Below are positions 1-14,570 of a DNA stretch of 64,000 bases, piece after piece. Both the position numbers and the translations under genes were made by a program. The DNA lies in contig CM060732.1 in NCBI GenBank assembly GCA_030704615.1, positions 70,804,001 to 70,868,000 of the forward strand. Reading direction: 5' to 3'. The notes under the pieces are model-generated. The model was not told the origin of the DNA. It made no database searches and saw only the letters and a program-made list of their open reading frames with translations. Each line of letters opens with the position of its first letter. Positions within the stretch are counted from its first letter, which is position 1. The stretch is from Takakia lepidozioides (Eukaryota; Plantae; Bryophyta).

Positions 1-3000
1 CATCACCAGTGATAACATGCATGCATCTGCACTGCGCAGCAGTTCAACTAGTGCAGGCAGCCAGACATGTGCTGCATATTGCCGGCAGAGCTGCTCTGCA
101 AATTGGAGCTCCCACCGTCTAGAACTGGAGCGTTGATTTGCTTTCTCAGTGTTTTCCCGTTCAAGCAGTCCCTCACTCTCAGACTCCCTGACAACTCCAC
201 GCAGAAGTAACAAAAGGAAGATAGGCAAACCGACAGCCTCCTGTGTCGCTCTGAGGACATGACATTTTTCTTCATATAAGCCAAGAGAGAAACATCCAGT
301 ACGGACATTCAGATGGAAGTAAGAAAAGATTTATTGGTTCGAAGAAACACAACATGATTGCCCTCAAGTGAAACAACCCCTCGACCGAATCAAAGAACAA
401 ACAAAGGGAATTGACAAAACATCACCTAAGTAAAGTTGTAACAAGAGCCATCCTCCGGTGAGCAGGGATTTGTGGTAGCGCTGTGACAAAAACCTGAAAG
501 AAAGTGCAACATATCAATACTAGCAACAATGACTTCTCTCCCATGACAAAGAGTCCATGCACAGAAATAGATACAGAATTGAGTGTACAGTAGGTAACAC
601 TTGCCTGTAGCAGTGCTGCAGGGTCCTGTCCACCTGTCAACCAGCAAGGAACCACTGCGACCAATATCTGCTGGGCCACTTCGTGCGAATGGCTGTCCTT
701 CTGTTCATTGTTCCACTTAAGTCAGTTGCTAACATCACTGTCATGTCTCCCACAAAACCATCACCCGTGCACAGATTGGCTGACATGCATGGACTGCTGA
801 TATTCCTTTAAACCCACCACGACAAGCAACACAAATTACCATTTTCATTTCTAAAGCTGGAACTGTGCAGGACACATTGACACGGTCTGAACTGAGGCCA
901 TCTTTCCCTTGCAGTTTGTTGATGGCTTATAGACGAATCTATCCTCCTGGAAGTAGGTATCCGAAGACTAACCTTGGGCGGCTCATGAGTACTGAAAAGA
1001 GAGAAAGCAGGGTTTGGGAATGAAGGTAGGTGAGTTGAATAGGTATCCTCCCAGATCCATATTAAAAGGCTCATTCTGAAAGAGAAAAGTCACACCTGTA
1101 TAACAGTTGACATCCCAATAACAGAGAGAATGTCCAGAATGTGCTTTAGCACCCGGTCAGGATACGCTTTGGCAAAAGCTGTGAGCAAGATCAGGGCTTG
1201 ATTGCGAGTAGCTGAATCTGACACTTCAGACACACAGCGCACCACTGCGTCCACGTTGAAGGTTAAAGCTGTCACACCACCCTTGAACCATCCCCACCAC
1301 AATATGGCCTTCAGTTTCAAAAAAAGCTCCCCTCTCTTGTGTTAAGATAATTCTTAGGACAGTCATCCTCATTCCCCAATAAAATCAACCGGGCTACTTG
1401 GAGGAGAAAGAGGTTCCTTTGACTACCTTCAAGAGAAAAATTAACACCTATTTCAATCCCTTAATTTTCTCTCAAAACTAGAAATAGGAGAAGGGAACCC
1501 TGCCTTACCACTATATTCTGCCCCACATTTGAAGAAAGCGAAGTGACGACTCTCTCAAGATTCATGAGTATTAATTGTTGTACATATTCCACACTCATAT
1601 TCGAGCTGTGGCTCCCTCCTTCCGTGACTCCAATTTCAGATGCAGCAAAAGGCCACTTCTGACTCTGGGTACACTTTACCAGGTCAAACAGAGGTTCCAC
1701 AATCTCTTGTCTGCAAACACAAATACTACCACTGGTTAACCAGTAAAACACCAAAGAAGGGACTCGGCCACCTTGTCAACACTGCTATGTCAACATCAAT
1801 AATAAACAACATAAATACAAACAAACCAAAAAGTGCAAGCCACCGCTTTGAAAAATGTGCACACTAAAGTCCTTCACCACAACACTCCAGAAATAACATG
1901 AAAAGCTCAGAACCTCTCGTCCAAATCAGGCAGCCACAGTAGCACCTCCAGCAAGGCAGCAGCAGAGGACACCTGCCGATGAGGTACAGGCCAGGCTGCA
2001 CTGGGCTCCTCTGGTACTGTTGGCCTAGACCTTCTCTTTTTTCTTGCAGGACTCTCAACTGGAGATTGCTCTTGATTACAGAGGTACTTCAAATGTTTTG
2101 AGATTACAGTTGCTGGCACCTGCACGATAATCTGCAATTCTTAGTAAAATTGTTCTAGACAATAAGCAGAAGATTGTGGACCTTGTCCTCTCCACACTGT
2201 GTTTTCGAAAGTGGGTTATTCACAAGCTGCTAACAATACACAATAGAGGAAAGAGAGGAATAGAAATTTTGATGAGAAAGAGGCTAATGCACCTTCAGCT
2301 TGTGCAGAGATGCATGTGCTGTGGAGTGAACAACATCAAATGTGCTCGAACTAAGCTCAAGTAGTGCTTGGAATACTGCCTCCTGCAAACGGAAGACCAA
2401 GGTCAATTAAACAACATACACGAAGTATCAGTCTCAATCTACTTCACCTTTCTGCAAGGATTCATCAACCAGGAGAGATTTGAATGTCAGCTGGACTCAG
2501 CAGGGCCATGCATTTCTGACCTGATGATCTACACAAATCTCCTACTGGTTTCCCTTCAAACCAAACAAAGTCTCTGTCAAGGACGAAAGTGATGGTGACT
2601 AAAGATACCTGAACTGAGGTGGGAAGGGCTTTGTAAAAATCGGATGTCAAGCAACCAAGTGCTGCTAAACAAGGCTGTATGACAGCCTGATCTGCTGAGG
2701 AACCTCCTTCAACCTGCATTACATCAATTTTATTGAGATACAGTGTTAGAGCATATGCTCTTCATCCATATCCTAAAACATAGCCTGAGTAACAAATAGA
2801 GACCTCAAGGCATTACCAACAAATCCAAGAAAAACATATTGAAGCCATACTTGCCTTCAGAGCATCAGCAAACATGTGGAGAGAATGTGTCCTTCCAGTA
2901 TGAGATAGCACATTGGATGATGTAAACAAGGCGACAACCTTCGGAGTATACATCTACCAGTGCCATAAGAGACGACGCCGGCAAAAACAAGCTTAGTGGA

Positions 3001-6000
3001 TAACAGTCTCAGCACCTTCACCAACAAAAGAAATGAAAACAATCCTCTGCGCTACACTCCCTATGTTTTCCACTATCAAAAGAGGTAGAGAGAGCATCAG
3101 AAAACTGACTTTCGAAGCAGATACCTATATGCAATAAAAGTTTAAACGACAGGTATTGAGAGTATGTACTACCAGGAGAAAAATAGCTTCCGAGAGAGAG
3201 AAAACCAAGTCAGACACATGGCAAAAATAATTGCTACCTAAACATGCCACCCATTATGGATTGCTAGCTCTGTATTTCTTGTAATGAGAAAGGAACAACA
3301 CTAACGCACATCCCAAAAAATTCTTGAAAACCTCTAGAAAATTGTTCTTGCAGGGAAGATAAAGATATGCATTGTAGAGTGTAGTGCAGCTGGGGAAAAC
3401 TTTTACCTGCAAAAGGATGTTAAGAAGCTCAACCTCAGAAGAAGAAAGCTTATTGGCATGATCTGTGGGCTGGGCCGACTTGCACTGCAGGTGGTAGCTA
3501 GTGCGCCGCTGTATTAGCGGCTCCAAAGCTACCACTGTAGCACCAGCTTTCTCTGCCTCATGTCCTGCACCTTGCAGTGCCAGTAGCAGTTTCCCCTAAT
3601 AGACAACCAAAAATGTTTCAATGCCCAAAATGTGACATCTCTACAAGCTTGCAGCTGACAGTAAGAACAAACCTCAAACCAACAACCACCTACAACAAAC
3701 TATCCACATCTCTTACTGGGCATGGAAAGCTGCTCAAAATAAGACAAGTTCTGAGGTTGAAGAAGCTTCCTCAGTTTCAAATGTGGGCAGAGATGCTTTG
3801 AAACATCCTTCCACCAGATGCCACGAAGACTACTCATGAGACCACGAAGACTACTCATGAGACACTCAGGGTACTCCTGACCACGCAGAACCTTTTGGCA
3901 CAACATTTAGCCAGAGGTGTATGGTTATCTAGGACATCTCACCAGCACTGGTTGGACTTATGGCCAAGAGGTTGAGATCATTGATTCACACTTTGACTCT
4001 ATACTCCATTCTATGGTGTAGAGGCCACTGTCAACCAAGCTGGTAGGGTTTGGGTATCGAAAAGAAAAGCTACACTAACTTTTAGTGCTGGATCATAATT
4101 CTATTAACATCCAGGAGGGACAACCATACCTCTGGGAGTGGAGCCCCAACCAAGATCCTTAGGTACAACCAAAATAAATGTCCAGTTATAATCATGCATG
4201 AAAATAGTTTTTACAGCCTAACAAGAAGCAGTTTTTGTACCTGAGCTTCGATGGGCAATTGAAGAGCATGAGCCACAAGGAATGTTACAATTGACTTACG
4301 AGCACTATGCTTGAATCTGCACAGGAACGGAGCACATCAGGTGATGATAAAATGCACATCTTCTGCAAATGTTTTTTACAGAGACCTCTTTCTTCTACCA
4401 AGGTGGACATACTAAGGTTCCCAACCCCTTGCTTAAGGCTGCTGTCACATTGGAGCGAAGGTTCTCACAATTAAAGCTGGGGGAATCCAAAACCCCTCCC
4501 CCACACACACCCCCCCCCCGAACTCCCCAGCTCCCGTCATTTTGGTATTTGCGCAGCTACTGTCCTTCTCAGTGAAATCTGTGGCAGAAGGGCACAGCCA
4601 CCTTCTGCACCCTTCAAATATTTCAGGATAGTTTTATCTCAGCGGCTGCCTAATCTCCCTGACATAATACTCACAAAACACAAGTGCAACACTCAAGCTT
4701 GAAACTCCCACAACCAAGACAGAAATATGCATGTGCAGAACAAAGATGTCAATGCTGGAGAGAAATCTGGGAAGGAACTCCTACAAGATTCTAGGGAAAA
4801 CCGGCATATCTCCCTCCTGAAATGGATTCCCAATAGAATCGGTAAGAAAATACCTAAATGGGACCTTGCTTTCAAGAGGGTTGCCTGAATCACCCAATAA
4901 AGACGATAGAAATGAAGTGACATAGATTGCATCAGCCATGAAAGTACCCCCAGCCTCGGCTAAAGCTTTCACCAGCTCACTGAAGATATCATGTGGCAAC
5001 ATAGGCAGTTGCACATTCTTCACTTCTGCTTTTCAAACCATCAGCTATATCAGTCCCTGGCAACTCCCTGAAGATTGCATATTAAATCTTTGGAATAGAC
5101 TCAATGGATTGCAGAAGCATACAGTCCACCCTGTATAAGGGAAAAAAACTTCAACAACCAGCTACATGAAGTTACGTTAAGTTGGAAGAGGTGAACACCT
5201 GAATTCAGAAAGCGTGTCCCGTGCCTCTCCCATATCAGATGCAATTGTTGGACACACTCTGTAGCACTTTTGCGAAGAGCCTGAATAAATTCTCTATGTC
5301 AGATCAACAGCAAATACCAACAACTGTCCCTTCATGCCCAGCCCTATATATTAGAAGGTAAGCATCATGCCCACCAAATTTTCACCCTCATAACATAGCT
5401 AGGTCCATCATAATCCAAACTGTTTCCTGTCAAACTCCAAACATTGTGTGAAATTTGAACTTTGCAGAGGAAACACAAATGGCCTGTGGCCAAGAGACCA
5501 AGAAAACAAGAGCAAGACAACAGACTGCCAAGAGAGTAGAATGTACATAAAAACCCAGACTTACCAATCAGAAAGAAAGACTCGAGAAACAAAAACCAAA
5601 CAAGAAAAACTGGTAGTTCATGAGAGCCTCTTAGGAAAACACATAGGAGGGAACAAGAGGAACCTGAGGTTTAGCTTCCTTCATTACCTGAAGGGGACTT
5701 GCCAAAGCTACTAGTAGGGAAGGTAAAGCAGCTTGAAAATGTTCAAGTTCAGCAAGTGTTGTCCCTTCCACCATATGAGGCTCATCCTGAAGAGCAGTCC
5801 TCATGGACGCATAATGAGAAGCCAGCAAATCCAGACTACGTGCATGCAGCACCTGGGAAACCGCTGATTCTACAGCACCACTTCACCAGACTATTAATGC
5901 CAAAGCCTTAATGTACCTCCAGGTAGACGCTGAGGACTAAAACTGTCAAAATTTACTAAAAAGGGGAGGAAAGGAAAGGAAGCTTAACATCCAGTGAATT

Positions 6001-9000
6001 TACAGTTGTGTCTCACAACAAAGAAAATATGCCGATGTAGGGAAAAAATCCAAACTTGTATTTGAAAGCAATTTGGACAAAGAGTGCTTTCTTATGAGGC
6101 TTGCTCACTAATGTCAGATCATCACCATCATCATAGCAGTGAATAGCTGCTATAACTCCCCACTGACTTCACCAACGCCACATAGTGCATAAGGATTATT
6201 GTATTATGCATGCTCAGAAGCATTGGCATGGACAAAGTAGCATTAAGAAGGAAAAAAAATACCTTCTACTGTGAAAAACTTGGAAAGAAAAGGAAAGACA
6301 TTGCCGGAGAGGCGTCGAATTAGAAGCTGCAGATGTGAGGCAAAGTTGTCCATCACAGAACCCCCCACAAACAGCACAAACAGCTGACTCAACATGTCCT
6401 GCTGTCCTCCCACTTGTACCTGTCATTAACCACAATTTTGATTAGAATACTACCATTCCTCTTCATTGCAACTTTTGGTGCTGACACACAGAGACGTCCT
6501 CAATCTTTTGGATATGTTCATGGAGTAGTATATTTAATGCCAGATGTATGGAAAGACCCTTTAAACATGAGGAAGGCAAGCAGAGACACACCTGGACATT
6601 AGGAGGCACAAGTTCAACCAACTTATACAAGCACTGCAGCAACAGATGTATATATAGAGATGTGGGTTGCATGTCGAGCTGAAGAAAAACATCCCTGGAG
6701 CTTCCTGTCACGCTGTATTCTATCTGGCAAACCCCATTACAGACAATGCACAATTGAGGTTTCAAAATTGCAGAATTGGAGGCATTGACAAGATCTACCA
6801 AATAGCTTAAAGACCTCTGGAGATTCAGCAGGTCAGATCAGCAGAAAGTCATGGAACTAGACATTATTGCTTCTATCACTGTACACACCCTCACAACAGC
6901 TCCACCCTCTGAGGTTTAGTTTTACTTGATAGAACCAATGAATTTTTTTCTGCCCAACACTGGCTGGTTACACATAATTTACCTGCTGTAAGTTGGATAA
7001 TGGCAGCACCTTTCCTGATCCAATTGGCACCCACTCATCTCTGAGCCAGGGGAGGCATACTGCAATCAATCCAGGGATATGCTCTGCAACAGTTACAAAA
7101 TCTGAATAAGCTTACGAAATGAAGATCCATGTGCCATAAAATGTAGAAGGAACTCTTAACGAAACTTAAACGAATGCCCCAACTCAACTTAGTTCGCCAA
7201 GAGATACAGACTTAATTAAAACTGTCAAAATGACCTGTGGTCAGAATCCAACTTTAAAGATCACATTGACAGATTATGAACATTCACAGCTCAGGCATGT
7301 AAGTACCTTTGGGGGCATTCGTTAAGCACCATAAAATAATAAGCAGAACTAAAATTTTAGCCCTTTCATTTCCTGCAGCAGTCTTGAACAACAGTGGCAG
7401 CAAAGCTGAACTATCTTCAAGCAGTGCAGCTGCCATGCTAGAGACCACCTTGCTGTTTACTTCTGACTGCAAAACCTTCCATGCTTCCTGTGATACGAAG
7501 GAGAACAAAAGTTTGTAGTGTCAAACTACATCTCAGTACAGCATCTTCATGAAAGTATTGCAGCAAAACAGCCATCCTGCACGTGAAAGAGGATGTGTAA
7601 CAATAGTCCAATCTATAGGAAGTAAGCCCTGACTCCACCTTGCTTCTCTTAGCTCTCTGCTTTGCTGCTGATAATTCCTCCTGCACTTGCAACAGCCCCT
7701 TGAATAGGACAAATGACATGCTCCCTGCTAGTTTCAAAGCTGCCAGGTTGAGCTTCAAGGTCTGCAAGGTACCCACAGATTTCTGACCATGAGGTTATGT
7801 GCATAGAGTGGTAGGAAGAAGCGATGTATACACTGCAATTTGCTCTGGACTGACCAAATCAGTGCAAGAATATGCATCACAATAGATATCAGCAGGATCT
7901 TCTGAAACAAGGCACTCAAGCACATTCAACGAAACAGAGACTTTGAAACCCTCTCCCTGCATAGACGAAGCTCACCCTCTTAGCATAGTTCCAAAGTTAA
8001 GCTTTCCAACCTTTGGTGAAACAAGCAAATGACCAGTGATGACAGAAGCCGCTTGCTCCACATATCCCGGATGCCTCTCCAAAAACTGTGACGCAAGAAG
8101 CTTTATGGCCATAACTGCAACACTCTTTGCCTCCTTCTGTTGAGAGGTGGACCCTGTTGAAGCATGGAGTAAAATAGATCAATCCAATGTGGAATGATCA
8201 ATTCTTCAAATACTAATAAAGATCATGGTCTTCTAATAACATCATCATCATCATCCAAGTACATATGTACGGGTACTGACAACTCAGCTCCATCGCTTCA
8301 CGTTGCCAGAAGTGCAGCAACCGTCATGTTGGGAACTTGATGAATCCCTTCGAAGCAAGGGACTGACCAGGAAACCCTCTTTCCCTCGCACCTTTTCTTT
8401 CCCATTTCTCTTGGCCTGACTGAGGATCAATTGATTTCACAGGTAAATACCCCGTTTCACTCTTTTCCAGTCCCCCTTTCCACTTCCTCTGCCCTGAGTG
8501 TGCAGGGTCTATGGCCACAAAGGCCTGATGAGTCCTCGGTTCAGAAGTGATAGGTGGTTTAGGATGAACCTCCACAAGATATCGTCAGATAGTAAGATAT
8601 CACTCGATTTAATGTAAGCATTACAACGCCTCGACTGTACATCTCAGATGAGACAGCACTGGCTTTGGGAACTCTCTCGCAGCTTGCCCAAAGATATCAG
8701 AGAGCTCTTTGAACATCCATAGAGAATATGCTGGTTAGTACACTGGCTAATCCCCGCTTTAGATAAGCTATGTAATCTAAGACTCTTCTGTCTGGTATTT
8801 AAGAAAAACTAGCAATCAACAAGAGTATGAAGCGAACCTGAAGACACTTCCTCCATACATCTGGAGATAATAGATGCCAAAGCCTCAAATAATCTCTCTG
8901 GAGGAACAACTGAAACCAAGCTTTTTGTGGAAAGAAGCGAATGTACAACAGCAAAACTATCGTCATAGGCCCGTCGTAAAAGCGCTTCGCCCACGAAAGT

Positions 9001-12000
9001 TTTTATCTATGATGAGGATCACAACAGAAGTGAGTGTTCATCCCAAGTGAAACCATTAAAGACAAGCTTCCTCAATTTTGGCACTCAATATGCCAAAAAG
9101 GGACTGATGATAGAATTCAACCTCACTCCACTAGGGAGCCCTTAGCAACATGGACGACAGAAATATCAAAACAAGCAGACTAAACAGAATCCATCTGGGT
9201 AAACGATTTAATGGAATTCATCAATGGAATTAATCGAAAGTGTAGAAACACAAAACATAGAACTAACAGCAAACCTAAGACCGATGTTACAGTGACCTGC
9301 TCTTAACCCAAGTACCTCTGCATCTGCATCTCCTGTTGATGCAAGCTCAGAGAGCTGCTGAACTGCTATCTCCCTTATTCGTGCCTGCAACAAAACAAGT
9401 CATGCAGAAGGGTCCAAGCTACTCAGTCCACTTAACTCCATGCTGCTAGTATATACCAAAATCCATAGCCAAGTTCAAAGTAAACAGCATCAAAACAGAT
9501 ACATAAAGGATTTGCGCATATATTTAAAAAAAGGACAGAAAGAAGATGCACCTCAGGATGGTCAACAGAAAGAAAAAGGCTCGTATGGGACTCTGCAAGT
9601 GGCATATGGAGACTTCCAATGAAAATGTCCCGTAAAGCTTGAAATTGAGGTGACTCCTTATCACCCTTGCTGTCTCCTTCTGTGTGCTGCAGGACCCAAA
9701 GCAACTTCACAAACTCAAAAAAAAAACTCTTCAAAGAATGTTACTCATTACTAAATAGCCCAAATAGGAAAGACTTAAAATCGAGGACTCTTAAACGTCT
9801 GGTGCACACTGCATCAGCCAAATGAACCACAGCCTTCTTTCTTTAGATATCCATAAAGAACACAGAGAATGATGCCAGAAGAACCCTTGAAAGACCCACC
9901 TCCAAGCATGACCTCACGGCATTGTCCAACTCAGTGGGAAAACGTTTCTCAATTGCTTTCATCAGTCGTTTGGCCACTTTTCCTGTGCATCGCAAACAGT
10001 ATAAAGACATCAAATCCAAGCAAACATTAAGCCTTTGGCCCACAGGTAGATATATTCTAATTCAGTCAGTAGGGGATTGGTCTGAAGTCCATTAGTTTGT
10101 TGATCCATTGATAGAATGGGAAAATGAAATAGAGAGAACGCCTCAAAACTTGATTGCCCACAAAGGTAAACACTTACTTGTTTTCACAGTATCAACCTCA
10201 GAAGGTTGTGCAGCACCAGCCTTGCCTATGTAGAACTCTAGAAGCTTTGAAACAACCAGTGGTACTTGATCTTTGATTGGTACTGTATTGACTACATTCA
10301 GCAGCGCCTCCTCATATCGCTCATTCAACACACTGCAGAATGCATATTGTGCCGGCCAGCAACACAGTTAAAAAAAACTCATATCACTTCTCCATGTGAA
10401 AGCTGACATGCAAGGAGCTGAAATTGAAAGTGCAACACCATTGTGAATAGAACAGGCTTGGATGATTCTAGCATCACATGCTGTTAGGCTCACTATACAT
10501 GGAAGATCCAGTTTGAGTTTCTCAATGAACGGTGTGAAGAATGACACACAGCACCCTTAACAAATAGCTAGTAAGAACCTCATGAAGAGGTCTTGATGAT
10601 GGGACTGACCAATGCTCGATAAGAACAGTGAGGAAGAGGGACATGAATTTCCTTGCATCAAAATTCTTCACAAGCTCGGCCAGCAGGGTAACGAAATCTC
10701 TGCACAGTACACCACAAATCAACAATGTTAACTGCACTTTAAAGCAAAACATCGTTAACAAGTCTCAGGGAATCCAGATCATACTTGAAATAAAGTATTA
10801 GGAATGAAACCAAATGTTTTTGGTCTCTATCTGCAACTGCTAAACTACATCTTGCACCAAAAGAAAACTCAATTCAGGTCATATAATCCAACCTAGCCCA
10901 AACTAAAGTCTCCCCATCCTGTTCTTTATGGGTGAAAGTTCTACCTAATTGCCTACCTTACTTTAATTAGAAATTTGAAGGCCTTCAAAGGAAAAGAGTC
11001 AATGTCTTGAGTCTGAAACAGCCAACGACACAGTTGTGTAAGCAGGCTTGTTGGCTACAAGGGCAGCGAAAAACTCAGAGGCTCCCCTTGGCTTGAGGGT
11101 AAGAAGCTCCCTTTTACAAGCAACCTTTTACATTCGGGGCGAGGAGGTTGGTAAGAAATCTGAGAGACACTGTTGCTACAATAGTGAACTGAGCCGTGGC
11201 ATGAAAACCTTTTGAAAGCTGAAACCTTGAGAAACCTTGTGGAGAGATTTGAATGCCTATCTGAACTAGACATTAAGTCAACCTGCTCCTTATGATTGTC
11301 TAAGCCGGATAAGGCATTGTACCCAACATTTGCTGACCATATGATGTGGAAGTTAAGAGGAACCTGCTCAAGAAAATGTGTCCTGGGAGAACAAGGTTAC
11401 AGACAGAACATACTCAACAGCAGTAATTCTCATAGTTGGAAAACTACTGAATCACAAGCAATCATCAGCTGATCTACAAAGGGCCAAATTGAGACTAAAG
11501 TTTATATAGGAGGGGGGCTCTACCAGATCAGGGGAAGATATTGGTGCTCTCTCTCTAGAGGCTATGGCAAAGATGGTACATTATCTCTCTCTCTCTCACA
11601 CACACTCAATGATCAGGATAGAATAGGTGTGCAAGTATAGTGATGAAAGTTCCTCTTGATAAGTGGGCCGAGGCCAGAGATTGGGGAAAGCAGCTCAACC
11701 TGCATAAGCTGAATCATGACCATTAGTGACAGCTGCAACAGAGGGGCACATTCCAGCTCTGATTCCTTTTGGAAAGTTCTGGCCATGGAGTCACTTAAAG
11801 TCTCGATAAGTGATTGTGCCAACATAGCTCTGTTGGCAAGGGAGCCCACAATCAGCAAGGCTCCAACCTGGCAACAACCAGACAATTCTGGCATGTCAGT
11901 TGACAAATCTCTACATCATCAGCAATCTAACTGTTGATCGTCACAATACTGGTCCAAGCAAATCAAACGCCTTTCTCTCCAGAAAATTGCCATCAAAATG

Positions 12001-14173
12001 AGCAACACTAAATCCTGAAATATTCAGTTTTTTGTCAGTGTAGACCAGAACTGTCGGGTCTGTCCATCTCTCACTTTGGAGACAGAACACCCCAGCAGCA
12101 GGATTAAGATTGCAATTACTAAAAACATACCTGAAACTCTTGAGTGACACCAGCTTCAAAGCTGTGTAGGACAAAAGGTAATATTCGATTGACAATTTCT
12201 GATGTTACACTCGGAGATGCTGCCAGGGTCTCCATCACAACAACAGCACTGAATGATACCATGGTCCTCGACTTGGATGCATATCGAGAGACCTTCATAG
12301 CCTGAGTCATGGTCACCCTGCTTGTCAGAATCTACTGATTCACATCTGTGACAAATCCCGAACAGGTGCACAACTCCCCTTCAGAATTGGGGTGAGGAGA
12401 TAAGACCTACCGAATCACAGATAGCATCAAGCACGGCCATGTCATGTATACAGCGCTGCACCAACGCAACACGGGGAAGGGTAGCACCTGTACGCTGCAC
12501 GCCCTCTAAAAATTGCCACTTTGTTTTCCTGGTAAGAGTGTCGCATTCCCGACCACAGTAATGGACAAGATTTTAGTCAGAGACACAAGCTAGCACAAGT
12601 CAGGGCACCAAGTCCCCTCGAGTTTGAATAGCACACCAGAAGTAAGGCCAACAAACTTATGGTAACTTCACGAGTCATTTCAGCTTTCTCACACTTCACT
12701 CTATGCATGATGCCTAATACTATGCACATTCTTCAAAACAAGCAACTAGATCCTTCGCATGGACCAGCCACAATACTCATGGTTTAGAAAACAAGAGCTT
12801 ATTTGAGGATTGAGAATGCAACTTACTTGAGATGGAGGAGTTGAACAACACGGACAAAAAGACTAGTTTCATGGTAGGGAAGCACAGCAATCAGCACATC
12901 ATCCTGATTGTATACGTGGATCCTGGAATCACAACCGATATGAGACAAGCTGTGAGCAACCATCGTGTGCCCCACCACTCAATGGCAGGCTCCAAATGAA
13001 GCCAACCACTTCAAAAACTGAATGCAACACCCAAACCGACAATCACAGAAAACAAGACCAGAGGAAACACACGAGGACTACAGAGCAGGGTCAACTCCAT
13101 GGATTAGGTTCCAAACAAGACTCCATATAGGCCAGCTAGGTTTCTTGAGAACAACAAAAGCATGAGCATAAGAAGTTCTGTGACGGAAACTTTCAATGCC
13201 CAACTGAACAAACAACTGTGCTGTAGATTTTCAAAGTGAACTGGTCAGACAGCTCAAATGGGATACTCTCCTACACGTAGAACCTGGAAAACACACTCTC
13301 AACAATCATAAGAACTGAATCAGGTCTTAATTGCTTGCATCGCAAGCTAGAATATGCAGTGCAACTCTTGGCAAACAGACAGAAGAAGCACAACATACTT
13401 GTATCGCCTGATCAGATACTCCAGAGCCTGGTGCGCAGGTGTGAGCAGAATGTAGTTTGAAAGTAACCGCAAAAAGGTTGCAATGGAGCTGTTCAGTTTC
13501 TCATTGAACTCCCGTGTCTGCAGCTCTCGATCCATTTGAATGCTTTCCAGACTAAATAATGTTCTCTTATACGCCTCAAACCGGCCATCCAATTCAACCA
13601 GCTCATCAAGACCTGTAGAATTTCACAATGCACATAAGTGCACATACATACAACAGTTCGGCAGATTCGGGCATTTCATAGTATCTTATCAGTGTTAACA
13701 CACGGTGGAGCGGACATGCTTCACAATTGCAAGAAGTGGGACGTATTGCATTCAACATCAGAGGCCCACGCGGTTGGGAAAAATGCGACAAGACGTGACA
13801 TTCCCAACGAATTGATTGGACAACACATTTTCAAAGTCACAATTCAGCCCAACTCAACTGCAAATTGCGAGGGGGGTGAGGTATGAGAGGCATGCTACGC
13901 GAATGGAGAGAAAAAGAGGAAGCCAAGTCCGAGCTCTACCTGAACGAGAAGGGGAGTCTTCCTTGTTATAAAGACATGAAATACTTTCCTTCTCAAGCCG
14001 AATGGGAAAAGGGGTAACCCACCTGTTTGAGATAACGAGAATACAGTTTGAATGTCAATATCAGCTGCCTGAGATGAGGTGAAGAGAAGAGAGGGACGAA
14101 TGCTTGGTGCAGTCTTGGTCCTTTGCCGAGCAGAAGCTAAAGCCTGCAGCTGGGTTGACAGCACGCCAGACAT
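1..14173 (-). CDS. UTP10: HEAT repeat-containing protein 1 / U3 snoRNA-associated protein 10 (UTP10), multi-exon; 3' end lies beyond the window start
   Basis: ATG at 14173. Exons give MSGVLSTQLQAL..RPSLLF..QAADID, DGRFEAYKRTLFS..DRELQTREFNEKLNSSIATFLRLLSNYILLTPAHQALEYLIRRYK, IHVYNQDDVLIAVLPYHETSLFVRVVQLL, WQFLEGVQRTGATLPRVALVQRC, and further down TRNQALILLTAFAKAYPDRVLKHILDI, PAHRRMALVTTLLR and WELQFAEQLCRQY..WLPAL. These match the UTP10/HEATR1 N-terminal and middle regions. Exons are bounded by GT/GC-AG. Not every internal exon was delimited. Confidence 0.93.
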
Positions 14174-14570
14174 GATGGTAGATTGAGATTTGGTAGCTCC
14201 TCTCAATGATCATTCACACGACAATGCTTCCTTCCGCCTCCCCTACATCCCCTGAGGCTGCTATCTGCACGACTCCCAAAAACCCTCAACCCTACCGACT
14301 GAGAGCAGCCATCTCTACAACCCCAACGTGCCAAAAACCCTCAGCCCTCAACCCTACATTGGCACCCTAAACGTCTGCCCCAAGGACGGCAGTCTCCGTC
14401 GAAAGTGCGACAGAAACTACCGTCGACTGTGGCTCTTCTGTTTTCGTGATCCCTTCCGACCCATTTGTTCTTTCTCCTGAATTTCAGAGCAAGGTTTAAG
14501 GTTCTGCTCGACTGTCTATCTGTTGGGTATAAAGTGTTTGGTGAGATTGTTGATTGATTCGGTGGGAAAG
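14174..14570. promoter_or_regulatory. Short bidirectional promoter / 5' UTR region shared by UTP10 and CPN20
   Basis: Only ~400 bp separate the two divergent ATGs. Several telo-box-like AAACCCT/AACCCTA motifs occur at ~14279-14370. Confidence 0.6.

Noticed and set aside
3820-3865. 21-bp tandem repeat giving LMSSLRG x2 in an ORF
   Set aside because: It lies in a UTP10 intron and is a simple local duplication.
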